Of a DNA stretch of 64,000 nt, positions 61,721-64,000 are shown piece after piece. Made by a program: the position numbers and the translations under genes. Below the pieces are notes generated by a model. The model worked only from the letters and a program-made list of their open reading frames with translations, did no database searches and was not told where the DNA came from. Source of the stretch: Felis catus (taxonomy: Eukaryota); NCBI RefSeq assembly GCF_018350175.1, contig NC_058368.1:171618001-171682000 (forward strand). Reading direction: 5' to 3'. Position 1 is the stretch's first letter. Each line of letters begins with the position of its first letter.

Positions 61721-62879
61721 GATGGGGGTGGTGAGACGGGAGAGGCTGAAGGTGGTCACACAGCATCCAGGTTAGAAGCCTGATTCATGTGTGACACATG
61801 AGGGCCATGACTACATTGGGATCATTAAGTATGGTAGAGAAAAACCAGTTTTGACAAGTGATAGTTAAGGTGACAGAGGCTCCAAGACTGCCTCTCAAAC
61901 TCAGCTCTGAATGAAGACCAAGGTGGGACCCAAAACTCAAACAGTCTTTGTTAGGCTAGCCCAGGAATCTGACCCTCTCTCGGGCCACTGTTTGTCTGGA
62001 AAGCTGTATTCTGGGACACCATCCCCACAATGCCGGGAACCCCTGGCATCATAAACTGTGCTTTCTCATGTTCTTACACATGTCATTTCTAAATAGTCTG
62101 TTGCTACATTTGGTTCTGTCTTCAGTCTTGGTCGGCTAATTCCTCCCCCACTATCTGACCTTTTGGTTATTGTCCATGGGGGCTAGCACTCAGCACCTCT
62201 TGGTTTTCCTTGCCTGCCACCATCTCCCTTGTCCTAACTTCCTCTTGGCATCTCAATACCCTTAAAAACAAACTTCTCACACATTTGGAAGCCACTGCTA
62301 GGCCCTTTCATGTCTTCAGGATTATTATTCGGAAAGCCTCTGGGGGAGCCATCTCAGCCTTTGGGGAATCTCCTAAGCAAAATGTTTAGCTAGAGTAATG
62401 GATTAACAGTAGGCAGCACTAAGGAACAGTGGCTGTTCCACTTAAACAAACAAACAAGAACTACATACATGGCTCAGAGGATGCAAGAATGCAATCCACA
62501 TTTTTTAGAATGGTACAGACTCACCAAAATGTAGTTAACAGGCTTTTCAAGTCATACACTAAACAGGCTGGTTCCTGACCTTAACGCACCTAGGCTATAC
62601 CTAAACAAGTGATGCCTGGTCAATCTTAATACATGAAACTTAGAAACACATCTTGTGATGCAGAAGAAAATGGCAGTTACTCATTACAACCCAAAGCAGG
62701 CTGATGAGGAGCACTGAGGCTGAAATATTGCAGACAGCTCAGACAGAGCAGTCAATCCCAGAGAAGCTGGAGAGGCATGGTAAATCTGACCTCTGACTTG
62801 TCGTGTTTATATCTGGTCTGCAGAAAAATACACTGTGCATAGGAATTGAAAACTTATTTGTCATAAAAACCCAGTATTT

Positions 62880-63033
62880 GAGGCACCTGGGTAGGCTTAG
62901 TCATTTGGGTGTCTGACTCTTGATTTTGACTCAGGTCATGATCTCACGGTTCATGACATTGAGCCCCGCATCGAGCTCTGCCCATGGAGCCTGCTTGGGA
63001 TTCTCTCTCTCTCCCTCTGCCCCTCCCCTACTT

Positions 63034-63109
<76 letters not shown>

Positions 63110-63128
63110 AAATAAATGAAACATTTTA
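62880..63128 (+). mobile_element. Can-SINE with long (CT)n
   Basis: TSD-like aaaaacccagtattt / aaaaacataatattt; (CT)n at ~63038-63109. Confidence 0.95.
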
Positions 63129-64000
63129 AAAACATAATATTTAACTTTTGACACTGTCTGTGCCAGTAAGCCTTACAGCAGTGTCAGATGAGGTTTACGC
63201 AGCTTCAAGAGTAAAATGGGTGGCATGGCAAGATTAAAAATTACACAATGGCCCCAGATTGTGTAAACCCACACCGTGAAACCAACGGACTATGTCCTCA
63301 CGTGGTGTACAGAATAGGAGACAAGAAAAAGTAACTAATGTGTGAGAATCTATCTTCCACTCTCGAAACATGCCCCTCTTCCAAAAGACTCAAGTTCTAA
63401 GTGGAAAGTTTCTTTATTTTAGAAATAAAGAAAGAGAGAGACGGAAAGACGGAATACTAACCTCTATGATACAAAAAAGGTATGATTCGGGTTTTCTGAA
63501 AAAGCCGCTCATCAGCTGTTCGGTGTGCTGCATACATTCAGTCCACAGCACCATCTCATTTTCCACCCATTATCAATATAAAAATTAGAGTATCTTGGCA
63601 ACAGACTTTTCACAGTGAGGTTTACTTTATTCTGAGACCCTTTCTAGTAGAAATAAAATGGCAAAGGAACCTCATTATCCATAAGATTTTCAATGTGCCC
63701 TGTTCCAGCTGTAACATCACTCCTTTCAACTCTCTATTCAAACGACAGTTAATAAGCATCTATTGCATGAGGTGTGTAGCTCTAGCTGCTAGGGGACCAC
63801 AGGTAGGGGCTCACAGGCTACCGGAGGAGACAGATGTATCCAGAAATAATGCTTGCAAGGCGCTAAGTGCTATTACAGGGCGTATGTGAGGCCAGGACTA
63901 GCACTTAAGTTTGCCTGGTCAGCCTGGGTTGAAGGCTTCCTGGCAAGTAGGACACTTGATTCAAGTCTTAAAGGATGAATCCAGAGGAGTGTGTACTTAG

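Noticed and set aside
528..63129. Recurrent 'MAQSVK...SAQVMIS...' and 'ERGRHRIR' ORFs as a protein family
   Set aside because: These are Can-SINE translations, not genes.
1..64000. CRISPR array, rRNA, snoRNA/miRNA, CpG island, processed pseudogene, or a host gene name
   Set aside because: No regularly spaced repeat-spacer array, no convincing C/D or H/ACA box pair or long pre-miRNA stem by eye, no CpG island, and no mRNA-like insert with a tail and TSD. The candidate exons were not recognisable enough to name a gene.

Overview
Mammalian genomic DNA, almost certainly a felid: it carries about 31 tRNA-derived Can-SINEs, several of the young cat-type form. I find no convincing complete protein-coding gene, and none of the six-frame ORFs is an intact gene; most recognisable ones are SINE, L1, MaLR or ERV translations. 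The window reads as a large intron or spliced 5'-leader region of an unidentified gene, probably transcribed on the minus strand. Support for that is inferential: most L1/ERV fragments lie on +, the + strand looks A/C-rich by eye, and the best splice-flanked segment (31416-31561) and a promoter-like island (4859-5800) are on minus. Repeats include MIR, L2, several L1 generations, MaLR/MLT2 LTRs, MER3/MER5/MER46C DNA-transposon relics, a decayed ERV-L pol interrupted by a solo LTR, and a second solo LTR inside an L1. The most unusual things seen directly are: (i) a patchwork templated insertion inside a MIR at 25992-26152, copied from two nearby loci in opposite orientations; (ii) a 3'-truncated, tail-less L1 ORF1 fragment with TSDs, consistent with internal priming; (iii) three independent cases of serial SINE insertion at one target site; (iv) a nested, subfamily-matched inverted SINE quartet. 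I do not see evidence for a wholly new biological system. Repeat family names come from recalled consensus features, not from a database search, and boundaries of old repeats are approximate.
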